From the NCBI GenBank assembly GCA_046758965.1, contig JBHIBG010000006.1, forward strand, positions 212 through 64,211: a stretch of DNA of 64,000 bases. Reading direction: 5' to 3'. The notes under the pieces were generated by a model that worked only from the letters and a program-made list of their open reading frames with translations, searched no databases and was not told where the DNA came from. Numbering within the stretch: position 1 is the stretch's first letter; every line of letters starts with the position of its first letter. The stretch comes from Candidatus Methylomirabilia bacterium (lineage in GTDB: Bacteria; Methylomirabilota; Methylomirabilia; Rokubacteriales; CSP1-6). The translations under genes were made by a program, and so were the position numbers. Shown one piece after another: positions 37,312 through 47,607 of the stretch.

Positions 37312-39210
37312 TTACTTGACCTTGGCGCCCGGAGCGAGATCCCTGTCGAGCGTCAGCAGAGTGAGGCGAGAGCCTTCGACGGCGGCAAGCACCATGCCTT
37401 CCGATCTGATCCCCATGAGAGTGGCGGGCTCCAGATTGGCGACGATCACGACCTTCCTGCCGACCAGGGCTCCCGGCTCGTAGTGCTCGGCGATCCCCGC
37501 CACGAGCGTGCGGATCTCGGCTCCCACCTTCACGGAGAGCCTGAGGAGCTTCTTGGACTTCTCGACCCGCTCCGCGGCGATGACTTCACCAACCCTGAGG
37601 TCAACTTTGGAAAACTCCTCGATGGTGATCCGGGGGTGTGAGCCGCTGCTTCCCCGTTCGGGAGCGGGGGAGGAAGCTGAGCGCTCCTCCACGCGCGGGA
37701 AGAGGGCGGGTGCCTTCTCAACCCGGGTCCCCGGGGATAGCCGGCCCCAGGTCAGGTCGCTCAGCGTGAGAGGTACCCCCGCGAGCCCCAGCAGGGCCTG
37801 GATCTTCCCAGCGGTCTCGGGGAGGAAGGCCGCCAGGAAGATTGCCAAGCAGCGAAGCGACTCCCCCAGAGAGTAGAGCACGGTGTCGAGCCGCTCGCGC
37901 TTAGTGGAGTCCTTCGCCAGCGCCCACGGCTGGGTGGCGTCCACATACCGGTTGACCACCCCGATAAACTCCCAGATCGCGATCAGCGCTCGCTGAAAGA
38001 CGAACTCCTCCATCGCCTCGTGGACCTCACCTCGCGTCTTCTCCAGCGAGGCCCTGAGCTCTGACTCGCGGGCGGTCTCTGGACCGGGGGTGGGGACGAC
38101 GCCTTGAGCGAAGTTGACCAGCATCGTCGTGGCCCGACTGACCAGGTTGCCGAGGTCGTTGGCCAGGTCTGCGTTCAGCCGCCCCACCAGGGCATCCTGC
38201 GAGAAGGTCGCATCCAGCCCGAACGTCATCTCCCGCAGCAGAAAGTGGCGGAAGGCATCGTGACCGTACCGGTCGGTGAGGGCGAGGGCTTCCACCACGT
38301 TACCGATAGACTTGGACATCTTGCCGCCCGCCAGGCTCCAGTAGCCGTGAACGTTCAGGTGCTGGTAGACAGGGAGCCCGGCAGCCTTGAGCATGATAGG
38401 CCAGTAGATCCCGTGAGGTTTCAGGATGTCCTTTGCAATCAGGTGCTGAGCGTGGGGCCAGAAGGTCTCGAACTTCTCCGTCCCCGCGCCGCCCAGAGCG
38501 GAGACGTAGTTGACGAGCGCATCGAACCAGACGTAAGTGACAAAGTTCGGATCGAACGGAAGCGGGATCCCCCACTGGAGCCGGCTTGTGGGACGGCTGA
38601 TGCAGAGGTCCTCAAGAGGGCTCCTGAGGAAGGCCAGGATCTCGTTGCGGTAGCGCTCGGGACGGATGAAATCGGGCCGCTCCTCGATGTAGTGAACCAA
38701 CCACTCCTGGTAGCGGCTCATCCGGAAGAAGTAGTTCTGCTCCTTGATGAAGGTCGGTAGCGTCAGGTGGTCCGGGCACCTGCCGTCCTGGAGCTCCCTG
38801 TCGGTGTAAAAGCGCTCGCAGCCGAAGCAGTAGTTCCCCCCGTACTCACCGAAATAGAGCTCCCCCGCATCGTAGAGCGTCTGGAGGACGGCCTGGACCA
38901 CTCGCTTGTGCCGCTCCTCCGTGGTCCGGATGAAGTCGTCATGGGCGATGCCGAGGCGCTGCCAGGTTTCCCGGAACGCCTGGGCGATTCGATCGGTGTA
39001 GGCCTGAGCGCCCTCGCCCGCCTGGGCGGCAGCCTGGGCGATCTTGTCGCCGTGCTCGTCCGTGCCGGTGAGAAAGTAGACCCGGTCCCCGGCGAGCCGC
39101 CGGTAGCGGCACATGGCATCAGCGATGATGGTTGTGTAGGCGTGGCCCAGGTGGGGCAGCGCGTTGACGTAGTAGATCGGCGTGGTGAGGTAGAACGTCC
39201 GTTGCGCCAT
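37312..39210 (-). CDS. metG: Methionine--tRNA ligase with a C-terminal tRNA-binding (EMAP/Trbp111-like) domain.
   Basis: Start at MAQRTFYLTTPIYYVNALPHLGHAYT (HIGH motif). KMSKS present (KMSKSIGNV). C-terminal FSKVDLRVGEV tRNA-binding domain. Confidence 0.9.
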   Translation of the reverse strand: MAQRTFYLTTPIYYVNALPHLGHAYTTIIADAMCRYRRLAGDRVYFLTGTDEHGDKIAQAAAQAGEGAQAYTDRIAQAFRETWQRLGIAHDDFIRTTEERHKRVVQAVLQTLYDAGELYFGEYGGNYCFGCERFYTDRELQDGRCPDHLTLPTFIKEQNYFFRMSRYQEWLVHYIEERPDFIRPERYRNEILAFLRSPLEDLCISRPTSRLQWGIPLPFDPNFVTYVWFDALVNYVSALGGAGTEKFETFWPHAQHLIAKDILKPHGIYWPIMLKAAGLPVYQHLNVHGYWSLAGGKMSKSIGNVVEALALTDRYGHDAFRHFLLREMTFGLDATFSQDALVGRLNADLANDLGNLVSRATTMLVNFAQGVVPTPGPETARESELRASLEKTRGEVHEAMEEFVFQRALIAIWEFIGVVNRYVDATQPWALAKDSTKRERLDTVLYSLGESLRCLAIFLAAFLPETAGKIQALLGLAGVPLTLSDLTWGRLSPGTRVEKAPALFPRVEERSASSPAPERGSSGSHPRITIEEFSKVDLRVGEVIAAERVEKSKKLLRLSVKVGAEIRTLVAGIAEHYEPGALVGRKVVIVANLEPATLMGIRSEGMVLAAVEGSRLTLLTLDRDLAPGAKVK

Positions 39211-39227
39211 GGAGTGGCGGTCAGCGG

Positions 39228-40097
39228 TCACAGTGGCCTGAGATGTGGCCTGCCCTCCCAAGTCAGCTGCTCGAGCGGCAGCTCGGCCTCGGTCCCGTCC
39301 CGGAGAGTGACCAGCACGGTTTGCTTCAGGACCCGGACCGCCTTCACCCCGCCCTCCATGCAGCCACCCCCGCCACACTCGGCCTGACAGGCTGACCCCA
39401 CGCGGGGGAGGTACGAGCGAAGCGCCTCGTACGTGGAGAACTCGTAGAGCAGGCAGCACTTGAGCCGGCCGCAATTGCCGAGGAGGCGGCTATCTGTCAG
39501 GGGCATGTCCTGGGCCTTCGCCATCTTGACGGAAATCGACTCGAACTTCCGGAGCCACGAGGAGCAGCAGAGCTGGCGCCCGCACGGCCCGATCCCGTCC
39601 ATGACCCTGGTGACGTCGCGGGCGCCGATCTGGCGCATCTCGATCCGCGCGCGGAACTGCCTGGCGAGGTCGCGCACCATTTCGCGGAAGTCTACCCGCT
39701 CCTGGGCAACGAACAGGACAGTCACCTTCCGCCCATCGGGCTGCAGGTCGACGTCCACAACTTTCATCTGGAGCCCGCGCTGCTGGGCCTTGCCCTGAAC
39801 GGTCTCGATCGCCCTCTTCTCCCGCCCCCGCCGCTCCTTCCACTGCTCCCCTTCCAGGGGGGTAGCCAGCCGCAGGACCTTGAGAGAGATGCGGTTGCGC
39901 GTCAGCTCGAAAAGCGGACGCTTCAGGCGGCGCACCTCTCCGACCGCGGTGCCGTTGGGAGCCTCCACCACGCAGAAATCGCCCACGTGCAGCTCGAGCC
40001 CGTCCACGAGATAGTCGTCGGCGTTGGCCGGCTCGCGGAGCCTCACGCCCACCACGTACGGCCTGACAACCTCAACCGGTGCCTCGTTTTCGCCCAT
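39228..40097 (-). CDS. PSP1 C-terminal domain protein (RicT/YaaT-like).
   Basis: Cys-rich PSP1 region (GPCGRQLCCSSWL; GRLKCCLLYE). Conserved position between holB and metG. Confidence 0.8.
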   Translation of the reverse strand: MGENEAPVEVVRPYVVGVRLREPANADDYLVDGLELHVGDFCVVEAPNGTAVGEVRRLKRPLFELTRNRISLKVLRLATPLEGEQWKERRGREKRAIETVQGKAQQRGLQMKVVDVDLQPDGRKVTVLFVAQERVDFREMVRDLARQFRARIEMRQIGARDVTRVMDGIGPCGRQLCCSSWLRKFESISVKMAKAQDMPLTDSRLLGNCGRLKCCLLYEFSTYEALRSYLPRVGSACQAECGGGGCMEGGVKAVRVLKQTVLVTLRDGTEAELPLEQLTWEGRPHLRPL

Positions 40098-40101
40098 ATC
40101 C

Positions 40102-41124
40102 TTACGCCGCCCTCAGCGCCAGCCGGCTCAGCAAGACTTCCAGGGTGAGCCGGGGCGAGACGTTCCCCTCAAGGGCCTGCCAGGCCTCCCGGCAGGCCAC
40201 AAGTCCCGCGAGAATTCCTTCCCACGGGGTTGCCCCGGCGTTGCTGACAAGCTCAGCCTGACGGTCGCTCGAAAGCAGGAGCCGGGGAGCGCCGCCGGCC
40301 TTGACGCAGCACAGGTCACGGTACCAGAGCCAGACCGCCTCGATCAGCTCCGCGATCTGGGTCCTGTCGCGCCCCAATGCCTCGACGCGCGCAAACAGGG
40401 CCTCGGCTCCCTTGGAGGCCACCTCGCTCAGAAGCGCCACAGCCTGGTCCCGCCGCTCCCGCCAGAGCCCGGGCTCCCGGCCCAGTACCAGCCCCACCTG
40501 CCCTTGGCAGGCACGGGCCAGGAACTGCGCGGTGGCCTCATCCACACCGCTGTTCATCAGGAGCGCGACCGCCTCGGCCTCCCCCAGGGGGGTGAAGCGC
40601 ACGACCTGGCAGCGAGAGAGTGCCGTGGGGGGAAGCGCCCTGGCCTGCGAGAGGATCAGGATGATCACCGTCCGAGCGGGCGGCTCTTCCAGGGTCTTGA
40701 GCAGGGCATTGGCAGTCACGAGACTCATTCGCTCCGCGTCGTCCACGATGAAGACCTTGAGCGGGCCTTGATGGGGCTTGAGCGCAGCCAGCCGCTCCAG
40801 CTCACGAACCTGGTCGATCCTGATCAGCTGTCCGCTCGGGACAATCAGGTGGCAGTCCGGATGGGCGCCTGCCTCCACTCGCTGACAGGCCGGGCAGAGG
40901 CCGCATCCCCCCAGGCTCTCACGGCCGCCGGAGGAAGCGACTTGGCGTGAGGGGCAGAGCAGCGCCTGGGCGAAAGCCTGGGCGGTCAGCCTCTTTCCGA
41001 TGCCCGGCGGGCCCACGAAGGCGTAGGCATGAGCCACCCGATCCGAGGCGATGGCTGATCGAAGCAGTTCACGGACAGCGGTGTGGCCCCGTATCAGCGC
41101 GTTCACGCGCGCGCTCCCCGACAC
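40102..41124 (-). CDS. holB: DNA polymerase III subunit delta'.
   Basis: AAA+ Walker A-like GPPGIGK and Zn-module cysteines (CGLCPACQ). Follows tmk as in many bacteria. Confidence 0.8.
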   Translation of the reverse strand: MSGSARVNALIRGHTAVRELLRSAIASDRVAHAYAFVGPPGIGKRLTAQAFAQALLCPSRQVASSGGRESLGGCGLCPACQRVEAGAHPDCHLIVPSGQLIRIDQVRELERLAALKPHQGPLKVFIVDDAERMSLVTANALLKTLEEPPARTVIILILSQARALPPTALSRCQVVRFTPLGEAEAVALLMNSGVDEATAQFLARACQGQVGLVLGREPGLWRERRDQAVALLSEVASKGAEALFARVEALGRDRTQIAELIEAVWLWYRDLCCVKAGGAPRLLLSSDRQAELVSNAGATPWEGILAGLVACREAWQALEGNVSPRLTLEVLLSRLALRAA

Positions 41125-41735
41125 CGGAGCAGTTCCTCCACCGCTGCCCGGACCTCAGCTTGGAGGAGCTCAGGAGGTTGCTCGGCCCGGAGCACCGCCA
41201 CGCGGGCTTTCTCCTCGCGCGCGATCTCCAGGTAGCCCCGGCGAACCCGCTGGTGGAAGGCCAGGTCCATCTTCTCGAACGCGTCGAGCCGGCGGCCCGC
41301 GAGTCGCTGTATGCCGATCTCAGCCTCGAGGTCCAGAAGAAGCGTGAGGTCGGGCTGGATCCCGCCGGTGGCCAGCGCGTTGAGCTCCCGGATCGTCTGG
41401 AGGTCCACCCCCCGGCCGTACCCCTGGTAGGCCACACTGGCGTCGGCGTAGCGGTCGGAGAGGACGATCTCCCCCCGCTCAAGGGCCGGGCGGATGATCT
41501 GAACGACGTGCTGCTGACGGGCCGCCAGAAAGAGGAAGGCCTCGGTGAGCGGAGTGGGGGCCAACCCATCCTGTTCGAAGAGGGCACGCACCGCTTCGCC
41601 CAGGGACGTGCCGTCGGGCTCGCTGGTCTCAATGACCCGAAGCCCCCGACCCGTGAGCCAGGCCGCAAGCATCCGGCGCTGGGTCGTCTTCCCGGCCCCT
41701 TCGATCCCTTCAAAAGTAATGAGCACGCCTTCCAT
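41103..41735 (-). CDS. tmk: Thymidylate kinase.
   Basis: P-loop FEGIEGAGKTTQ, DRY motif, LID region. 22-nt overlap with holB. Confidence 0.9.
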   Translation of the reverse strand: MEGVLITFEGIEGAGKTTQRRMLAAWLTGRGLRVIETSEPDGTSLGEAVRALFEQDGLAPTPLTEAFLFLAARQQHVVQIIRPALERGEIVLSDRYADASVAYQGYGRGVDLQTIRELNALATGGIQPDLTLLLDLEAEIGIQRLAGRRLDAFEKMDLAFHQRVRRGYLEIAREEKARVAVLRAEQPPELLQAEVRAAVEELLRCRGARA

Positions 41736-41771
41736 TGACTTATCTCAAGTATACGCCGAGAGCCGTTTAGG

Positions 41772-42929
41772 CTAGGCCATACCGTGAAACGGGAAGATCG
41801 TGCCTCGGATGGCTTCTACCTGACGACGACCGTACTCCTGAGCCCGTCGGCGACTCTCGGCGGGGAACTCGACGGGCGGGTCCCAGAGCGAGCTGTCGCG
41901 GAACCTGAACCGAGCCAGCTCCTCGCGGAAGGCGGCCGGCAGCTCCGGGGGCAGCTCGACGCGGTTGATCACGGCCCAGGCAGCCGTCCATGCCCGCGCC
42001 ACGTTGGGAAGATCATAGCCTCCGCCCCCCAGCGCCACCAGGCGGGGTGCCAGCTCTACGATCCGGCTGACCGTGCGCGTGAACCCCTGCACGGAGAGGG
42101 CGAGATGCGTCAGCGGATCCGTTCGGTGGGAGTCGATTCCGAGCTGGGCGACGATGACATCGGGCCTGAACGCCTGAATCAGCGGCGGCACAACAGCCTC
42201 GAAGGCTTCCGCGTAGACCTCATCATCGGTGAATACCTCGAGCGGCAGGTTCACCGAGTGGCCGCGCCCCTGGCCCTCGCCCAGTTCCTTGACGAAGCCG
42301 GTGCCGGGGAAGAGGCGGTCGCCCCGCTCGTGGACCGAGATGGTGAGCGCCTGGGGATCCCGGTAGAAGGCGAATTGCACCCCGTCGCCGTGGTGGGCAT
42401 CGATGTCCACGTAGGCCACGCGCCAGCCGCGCTCGCGGAGAGCGAGGATCGCCAGCACCGGATCGTTCACGTAGCAGAACCCCGACGCGCGGTCCGGCAT
42501 GGCGTGATGCAGGCCGCCCGCAAAGTGGAAGGCGCGCTCCACCTCGCCGTCGGCCACCAGCCTGGCTGCCAGGAGTGAGCCGCCGGCGATCAAGCTCGAG
42601 GCCTCCCACAGGCCGGGAAAGATGGGGTTGTCACCGAAGCCCAGCCCGTGGCGTGCGGCCCCGGGGACGCTCACGCCGGCGCTGACCGCCTTGAGCAGCT
42701 CCAGGTACTCCTGGGTGTGGAAACGTGAGACGATCTCCTCGCCGGCCGGCTCGGGGGCCAGCACCTTGGCGCGGGGCAGAGCCGTGAGAGAGTAGGCTTC
42801 CATGAGCCGCCAGGTGAGGGCCAAGCGCTCCATCCTGAGCGGATGCTCAGATCCGTAGTCGTAGCGGGAGTAGGCATCTGAGTAGATCAAGGCGGTGTCC
42901 ACGGCACTACCTCCGGGCGCTCCCGCCAA
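41772..42929 (-). CDS. Histone-deacetylase-superfamily protein (acetoin utilisation AcuC/acetylpolyamine amidohydrolase-like).
   Basis: HDAC active-site motifs (DIDAHHGDGVQ; GGGGY). Confidence 0.8.
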   Translation of the reverse strand: MAGAPGGSAVDTALIYSDAYSRYDYGSEHPLRMERLALTWRLMEAYSLTALPRAKVLAPEPAGEEIVSRFHTQEYLELLKAVSAGVSVPGAARHGLGFGDNPIFPGLWEASSLIAGGSLLAARLVADGEVERAFHFAGGLHHAMPDRASGFCYVNDPVLAILALRERGWRVAYVDIDAHHGDGVQFAFYRDPQALTISVHERGDRLFPGTGFVKELGEGQGRGHSVNLPLEVFTDDEVYAEAFEAVVPPLIQAFRPDVIVAQLGIDSHRTDPLTHLALSVQGFTRTVSRIVELAPRLVALGGGGYDLPNVARAWTAAWAVINRVELPPELPAAFREELARFRFRDSSLWDPPVEFPAESRRRAQEYGRRQVEAIRGTIFPFHGMA

Positions 42930-43428
42930 CTCGCCGCCAGATCCCGCTCTTCCCCCCGGACTTCTCCAGAAGACAGAGCTCTCTCAAGACCATCCCTCTG
43001 TCAACGGCCTTCACCATGTCATAGACGGCCAGCCCGGCCACTGCTGCAGCGGTCAGCGCCTCCATCTCTACGCCGGTTTTGTCCGTCGTGCGGACGCGCG
43101 TTTCGACGGTGAGGGTAGAGCGCTTCCGCTCCAGGGCAAAAACCACTTCCACCCCGGTGATCCTGAGCGGGTGGCAGAGCGGGATAAGATCCGGTGTCTT
43201 CTTGGCCGCCAGGATGCCTGCGGTCCGGGCCACGCCCAGGACATCCCCCTTGGCCATCTGCCCGGCTTCGATCGCGGCAAGGGTGGCGGGCTTCATCCTG
43301 AGGACCGCGCGCGCGCGCGCCTCGCGGGCAGTCTCCGCCTTGGCCGTGACATCCACCATGCGGGCTTCCCCTTGCGGGGTCAGGTGGGAGAGCCCGCGGA
43401 AGGATGGCCCTCCGCGGCCTGGCGGCAT
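42907..43428 (-). CDS. moaC: Cyclic pyranopterin monophosphate synthase accessory protein MoaC.
   Basis: LTPQGEARMVDVTAKAET and the conserved MoaC core (DLIPLCHPL). Exact start uncertain. Confidence 0.85.
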   Translation of the reverse strand: MPPGRGGPSFRGLSHLTPQGEARMVDVTAKAETAREARARAVLRMKPATLAAIEAGQMAKGDVLGVARTAGILAAKKTPDLIPLCHPLRITGVEVVFALERKRSTLTVETRVRTTDKTGVEMEALTAAAVAGLAVYDMVKAVDRGMVLRELCLLEKSGGKSGIWRRVGGSARR

Positions 43429-43452
43429 GGACGGTCGGCGGGAGGCCAGGTC

Positions 43453-43710
43453 TTAGACCCGGGCCCCGGGCGAGGAGGTCTGAGCAGCCTGCCGGATCAT
43501 GCCCTCCATCCGGTCCTTGGCCATCAACTTGCGCTTTTTCAGTTCGCTCATCCGCCACTGTTCATCAGCGGAACCAAGCGGGCGAGCCCGGAGCTGAGCG
43601 AGCTCTTGTTCGTACCCTCGGTGCTCCTCTCGAAGCCTCCGGAACTCCTCGTTCTCAGCAGTCAGCCATTGGATGAGACTCTCGCGATCGGGCATGCGCG
43701 CCTCCTTCAT
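43453..43710 (-). CDS. DUF465 (YdcH-like) family small protein.
   Basis: 85 aa. Pattern LKKRKLMAKDRMEGMI is typical of DUF465. Start may be ATG 43695. Confidence 0.5.
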   Translation of the reverse strand: MKEARMPDRESLIQWLTAENEEFRRLREEHRGYEQELAQLRARPLGSADEQWRMSELKKRKLMAKDRMEGMIRQAAQTSSPGARV

Positions 43711-43743
43711 TTACGCTCGACGGAGAGGGAAGTGTCCTGGCCA

Positions 43744-43781
43744 TAAAATACGACAGGCCAGCGTTGCTTCCAACGCTGGCC
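43744..43781 (-). terminator. Putative Rho-independent terminator downstream of the tup/mod operon.
   Basis: Perfect 11-bp GC-rich stem (43756-43766 pairs with 43771-43781), 4-nt loop. Followed on the minus strand by TGTCGTATTTTATGG (complement of 43744-43755). Lies 114 nt after the ATPase stop. Confidence 0.45.
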
Positions 43782-43894
43782 TGGAGAAACCGATCCACAA
43801 TTCCCGCCGCACTCCGACCTCCCTCGAGTTCGGTCCGCGCTGCTTGTCCATTTTCTAGCACACAACGGCTCCCACTGTCAAGCGAGCCAGTCGC

Positions 43895-44986
43895 CTACGC
43901 GCGGCCGTGACGAATGAGATGAGGAGCGGTGGCCTTGAAGGTGGCCATGACGGGGGCCCCTTCGCCGATCCCGAGCTCCTCGACGGATCGGTGAGTCAGC
44001 AGCGCCACGAGGGGGAAACCGCAGTCCACCACGACCCTGACGTACGCCCCCGCCGCGGTCAGGCGCGAGACGGTGCCTGCGACGTGATTCCGGGCGCTGG
44101 AGGCTACAAGGGAAGCATCCCGGGGCATCAGCGTCACGTCCTCGGGCCTGAGGCAGAGCCTGACCCGGTCTCCCGGAGCGGCCTCGGCAGCGACCTCGAT
44201 CTTCCCCCCTCCCACCTCCAGCAGTGCGAGACCACTCTCGGCCGACAGCACGCGGCAGTCAAGAATCGTCTCCACCCCGACGAACCGGGCGACCTCCTCC
44301 GACGCCGGGGCGCGGAAGAGGCGCCCGGCCTCGTCCACCTGGAGGATCTCCCCCCCTTTCATCACGGCCACCCAATCTGCGAGGGCCATGGCCTCCCCCC
44401 GATCGTGAGTGACCAGAACAGTGGCGATCCCGTCCTCCCGGAGGATGACGCTCAAGTCCTCGATCAACGTCTCGCGCGTTGGCTGGTCCAGGGCCGAGAA
44501 CGGTTCGTCCAGGAGAAGAAGATCGGGCTTCAGGACCAGCGCACGAGCCAGGGCGGTCCGCTGGGCCTCGCCACCGGAGAGTGTCCGCGCCTGCCGGGCG
44601 GCCAGGCCGGCAATCCCGAACCGGGCCAGCCAGCTCCGAACCCGGTGGCCGATCTCGGATGCCGCCACATGGTGGAACCGGAGCCCCAGCGCGACGTTCT
44701 CGAAGACCGTGGCGTCCGTCAGGAGAGGATCCTGAAAGACGCTCGCCATCTTCCGCCGCACCGACAGGAGCCGGCCCTTGCTCACCCGCTCTCCTCTGAA
44801 CCGCACCTCGCCCGCTCCGGGAGCCTCGAGCAGCCCGATCATCCGAAGGAGGGTTGATTTGCCGGACCCGTTGGGGCCGATGACCGCGAGGATCTCTCCG
44901 GCACGAACCTCAAGCCAGGGAACCTCGAGGACCACGGCCTCACCGTAGGTGACCCTGACCCCGGAGAGCTCGACCACCGCGCTCAT
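43895..44986 (-). CDS. ABC transporter ATP-binding protein with a C-terminal TOBE/Mop domain (TupC-like).
   Basis: Start at MSAVVELSGV, 4-nt overlap with the upstream ATPase gene. Walker A GPNGSGKSTL, signature LSGGEAQR, Walker B LLLLDEP. Beta-rich C-terminal about 120 aa TOBE-like domain. Confidence 0.75.
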   Translation of the reverse strand: MSAVVELSGVRVTYGEAVVLEVPWLEVRAGEILAVIGPNGSGKSTLLRMIGLLEAPGAGEVRFRGERVSKGRLLSVRRKMASVFQDPLLTDATVFENVALGLRFHHVAASEIGHRVRSWLARFGIAGLAARQARTLSGGEAQRTALARALVLKPDLLLLDEPFSALDQPTRETLIEDLSVILREDGIATVLVTHDRGEAMALADWVAVMKGGEILQVDEAGRLFRAPASEEVARFVGVETILDCRVLSAESGLALLEVGGGKIEVAAEAAPGDRVRLCLRPEDVTLMPRDASLVASSARNHVAGTVSRLTAAGAYVRVVVDCGFPLVALLTHRSVEELGIGEGAPVMATFKATAPHLIRHGRA

Positions 44987-46104
44987 GAGGAAGGCAGCAC
45001 CTGGAGAGAACCGCGGTGGACCGAGATCTGCCACCGCCGGTCACGGGAAATCTCCAGGATCTCGTAGACGAGCTTCGGAACCTCGATCTCCAGGTCGTAG
45101 AAGCCCTGGCTCGGCTCTCCCGGCACGCTCAGCCTGAAGAAGAGCGCCCAGGTCGTCCCCTGATCCACTTCCCCCAGCACCTCCCCCTGCATCAGGTTCA
45201 TGTGATGCTGAGGGTCCGGGCCCGGACGGTCCTTTCTGACGAGGCGCACATACTCCGGGCGAATACAGAAGGCCAGCGAGGTTCCCGGTGGTGGCAAGTA
45301 GAGACGCGAGGGCGAGTTGATCGCCTCGAGCGTCTGCCCGCGCCACCGGATCTGAATGATCTCCGGGGCGGCCTTCACGACTGTCCCCCTGAGCAGGTTC
45401 CGCATGCCGATCAGCCGGGCCACCTGCTCGGAGGTCGGCTGCCAGAGAAGGTCAGACTTCAACGCAGCCTGGAGCACCCGCCCCCCCGCATAGACCACGA
45501 TCCGATCCGCGAGCTGATATGCCTCCGCCAGGTCGTGAGTGACCAGCACGGTGGCTTTCCCCCACTCGCGGATGATCCGCCCCAACTCCTGGCGGAGCTG
45601 GAGGCGAAGCGGAGCGTCCAGGGCCGAGAGCGGCTCATCCAGAAGGAGCAGCTCTGGGTCCACGGCCAGGGCCCGGCCAAGCGCGACCCGCTGCTGCTGG
45701 CCGCCTGAAAGCTCCCTCGGGTAGCGAGAAGCGAGACCATCCAGGCCGAGGCGCTCCAGCACCATGCGCGTCTGGCGGGCGCACTCCTGCCGAGGGCGGC
45801 CCTTGAGGCCGAAGGCGACGTTTTCCCCTACTGTGAGGTGAGGGAAGAGAGCGTACCCCTCGAAAACATAGCCGAGCCGGCGATCCTGGGGCGGGAGGTC
45901 CGCCCCCGTGTCGCTGTCGAAGAACGCGCGATCGTTCACGACGATGCGCCCGCGATCCGGCCGCACCAGTCCCGCGAGGCAGTGAAGGGTCAGAGTTTTG
46001 CCCGCGCCGGAAGGGCCAAAGAGGGCCACCACAGGCTCCTCGGCCTCCCAGTTCACCTGAAGCGTGAACCCGGGGAGGTGCTTCGTGACAGAGAGGGAAA
46101 GCAT
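44983..46104 (-). CDS. modC: Molybdate-type ABC transporter ATP-binding protein with a TOBE domain.
   Basis: Walker A GPSGAGKT, signature LSGGQQQRV, Walker B LLLLDEP, C-terminal TOBE-like domain. Immediately downstream of modB. Confidence 0.8.
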   Translation of the reverse strand: MLSLSVTKHLPGFTLQVNWEAEEPVVALFGPSGAGKTLTLHCLAGLVRPDRGRIVVNDRAFFDSDTGADLPPQDRRLGYVFEGYALFPHLTVGENVAFGLKGRPRQECARQTRMVLERLGLDGLASRYPRELSGGQQQRVALGRALAVDPELLLLDEPLSALDAPLRLQLRQELGRIIREWGKATVLVTHDLAEAYQLADRIVVYAGGRVLQAALKSDLLWQPTSEQVARLIGMRNLLRGTVVKAAPEIIQIRWRGQTLEAINSPSRLYLPPPGTSLAFCIRPEYVRLVRKDRPGPDPQHHMNLMQGEVLGEVDQGTTWALFFRLSVPGEPSQGFYDLEIEVPKLVYEILEISRDRRWQISVHRGSLQVLPSS

Positions 46105-46113
46105 CGACTCTCT

Positions 46114-46767
46114 CTAGTATCGCAGCCGGACGAGCCGGCTCACGCCGAACAGGAGGATTGCGACAACACCGAGAGCAACCAGCGCCAGGGCATTGGCCTC
46201 CCCCATCTGGTACGCCTGGACACGGTCGTAAATCGCCAGGGGGAGCGTTTGAGTCTTCCCCGGGATGTTCCCCGCCACCATGAGCGTAATCCCGAACTCC
46301 CCCATAGCCCGGCAGAAGGCCAGCACGGTCCCCGCCAGGACGGACCGCCAGGCCAACGGCAGCGTGACCACCCAGAAGATGCTCCACTCCGAGCGCCCGA
46401 GGGTCCTCGCGGCTTGCTCGAGCCGTGGGTCTACGCTCTCGAACCCGGCCTGAGCGGACTTGATGAGGAGGGCGATGGATCCGATGCACGCGGCCAGGAC
46501 CGCCGCGCGCCAGGTAAAAGCCAGCTCGATCCCCATGGCGTCGAGCAGTCGGCCGATCGGCCCCGGTCTTCCGATGACGACGAGGAGGTAGTAGCCGAGA
46601 ACGGTGGGCGGAAGGACCAGGGGAAAGACCACGAAGGCTTCAAGCAGGTCGCGACCGGGGAAGCGCTTGCGGGCGAGGAGCCACGCCGCCGGAACCCCGA
46701 CCAGGAGCGTCAGTGCTGTCGCGGTCACAGACACCTCGAGGGAGAGCCAGAGCGGAAAGAGATCCAT
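46114..46767 (-). CDS. modB: Molybdate ABC transporter permease.
   Basis: ModB-type conserved segment [25 protein letters not shown]. 5-6 TM helices. Confidence 0.85.
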   Translation of the reverse strand: MDLFPLWLSLEVSVTATALTLLVGVPAAWLLARKRFPGRDLLEAFVVFPLVLPPTVLGYYLLVVIGRPGPIGRLLDAMGIELAFTWRAAVLAACIGSIALLIKSAQAGFESVDPRLEQAARTLGRSEWSIFWVVTLPLAWRSVLAGTVLAFCRAMGEFGITLMVAGNIPGKTQTLPLAIYDRVQAYQMGEANALALVALGVVAILLFGVSRLVRLRY

Positions 46768-46773
46768 CGAGGG

Positions 46774-47544
46774 TCAGAACTCCCCGGGAAGGAGGAAGCC
46801 GAAACGTCTCATGATCGCCCGTCCCTCCGGCGCGTTGACGAAATCGATGAAGGCAACCCCGAGCTCCGGATGCGGGCTCCGCGCGGCGACCGCAGCCGCT
46901 TGGTTCAAGGGCGCGTAGAGCCCGCCCTCAACCGGCGTCCAGTCTAACTCAGGAACGTTCGCAACGGAGAGAGCCACGATCCCGGCCTCCGCAGCGCCGA
47001 GCTGAATGAACTGCAACGCGTGACGGATGTTCTCACCATACACGAGCTTGAATTGCACCGCCTCCCACACGCCCGCTGCCCGCAGAGCTTCCTCGGCCGC
47101 CTTGCCGTACGGCGCGTGCAACGGGTTGGCGATGGCGACACGGCGGACCTTCGGACCGACGAGGTCTCGAAGCCGGTTGAGCTTGGGCCCGAACCGCTTT
47201 GCCGTCGCCAGGACGATCCGCCCCTGGGCGTACAGGGTTTGAGTCTCCGGGATCAGAACACCCCGGGCCATGAGCCGCTCCACAAAGCTCTGATCAGCGG
47301 CGAAGAAGAGATCCGCGGGGGCCCCGTGTTCGATCTGCCGGGCGAGGTTGCCGGTCGAGCCCAGGACCAGTGTCACCGTGACCCCTCGCGCCTTCTCGAA
47401 GCGAGGGACGAGCTCCCGAAACGCGAAGGCGAGGTCAGAGGCCGCGAACACGGTCAGCGACGGGGCCGCCGGAGTCCGAGACTGGGCAGCGCCTCCCGAT
47501 CCGAGTAGGGCGCCAATGAGCGAGAGTGCCAGCACGCGGCGCAT
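46774..47544 (-). CDS. modA: Molybdate ABC transporter substrate-binding protein.
   Basis: Signal peptide. LTVFAASDL...GSTGNLARQIEHGAPADLFFAADQ closely follows the ModA pattern. Confidence 0.85.
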   Translation of the reverse strand: MRRVLALSLIGALLGSGGAAQSRTPAAPSLTVFAASDLAFAFRELVPRFEKARGVTVTLVLGSTGNLARQIEHGAPADLFFAADQSFVERLMARGVLIPETQTLYAQGRIVLATAKRFGPKLNRLRDLVGPKVRRVAIANPLHAPYGKAAEEALRAAGVWEAVQFKLVYGENIRHALQFIQLGAAEAGIVALSVANVPELDWTPVEGGLYAPLNQAAAVAARSPHPELGVAFIDFVNAPEGRAIMRRFGFLLPGEF

Positions 47545-47607
47545 AGGGCTTCATTGTGTCTGCCTGGGGCAGCTCCGTCAACAGACCGAGCCGGCCGCGC
47601 ACCGGCG

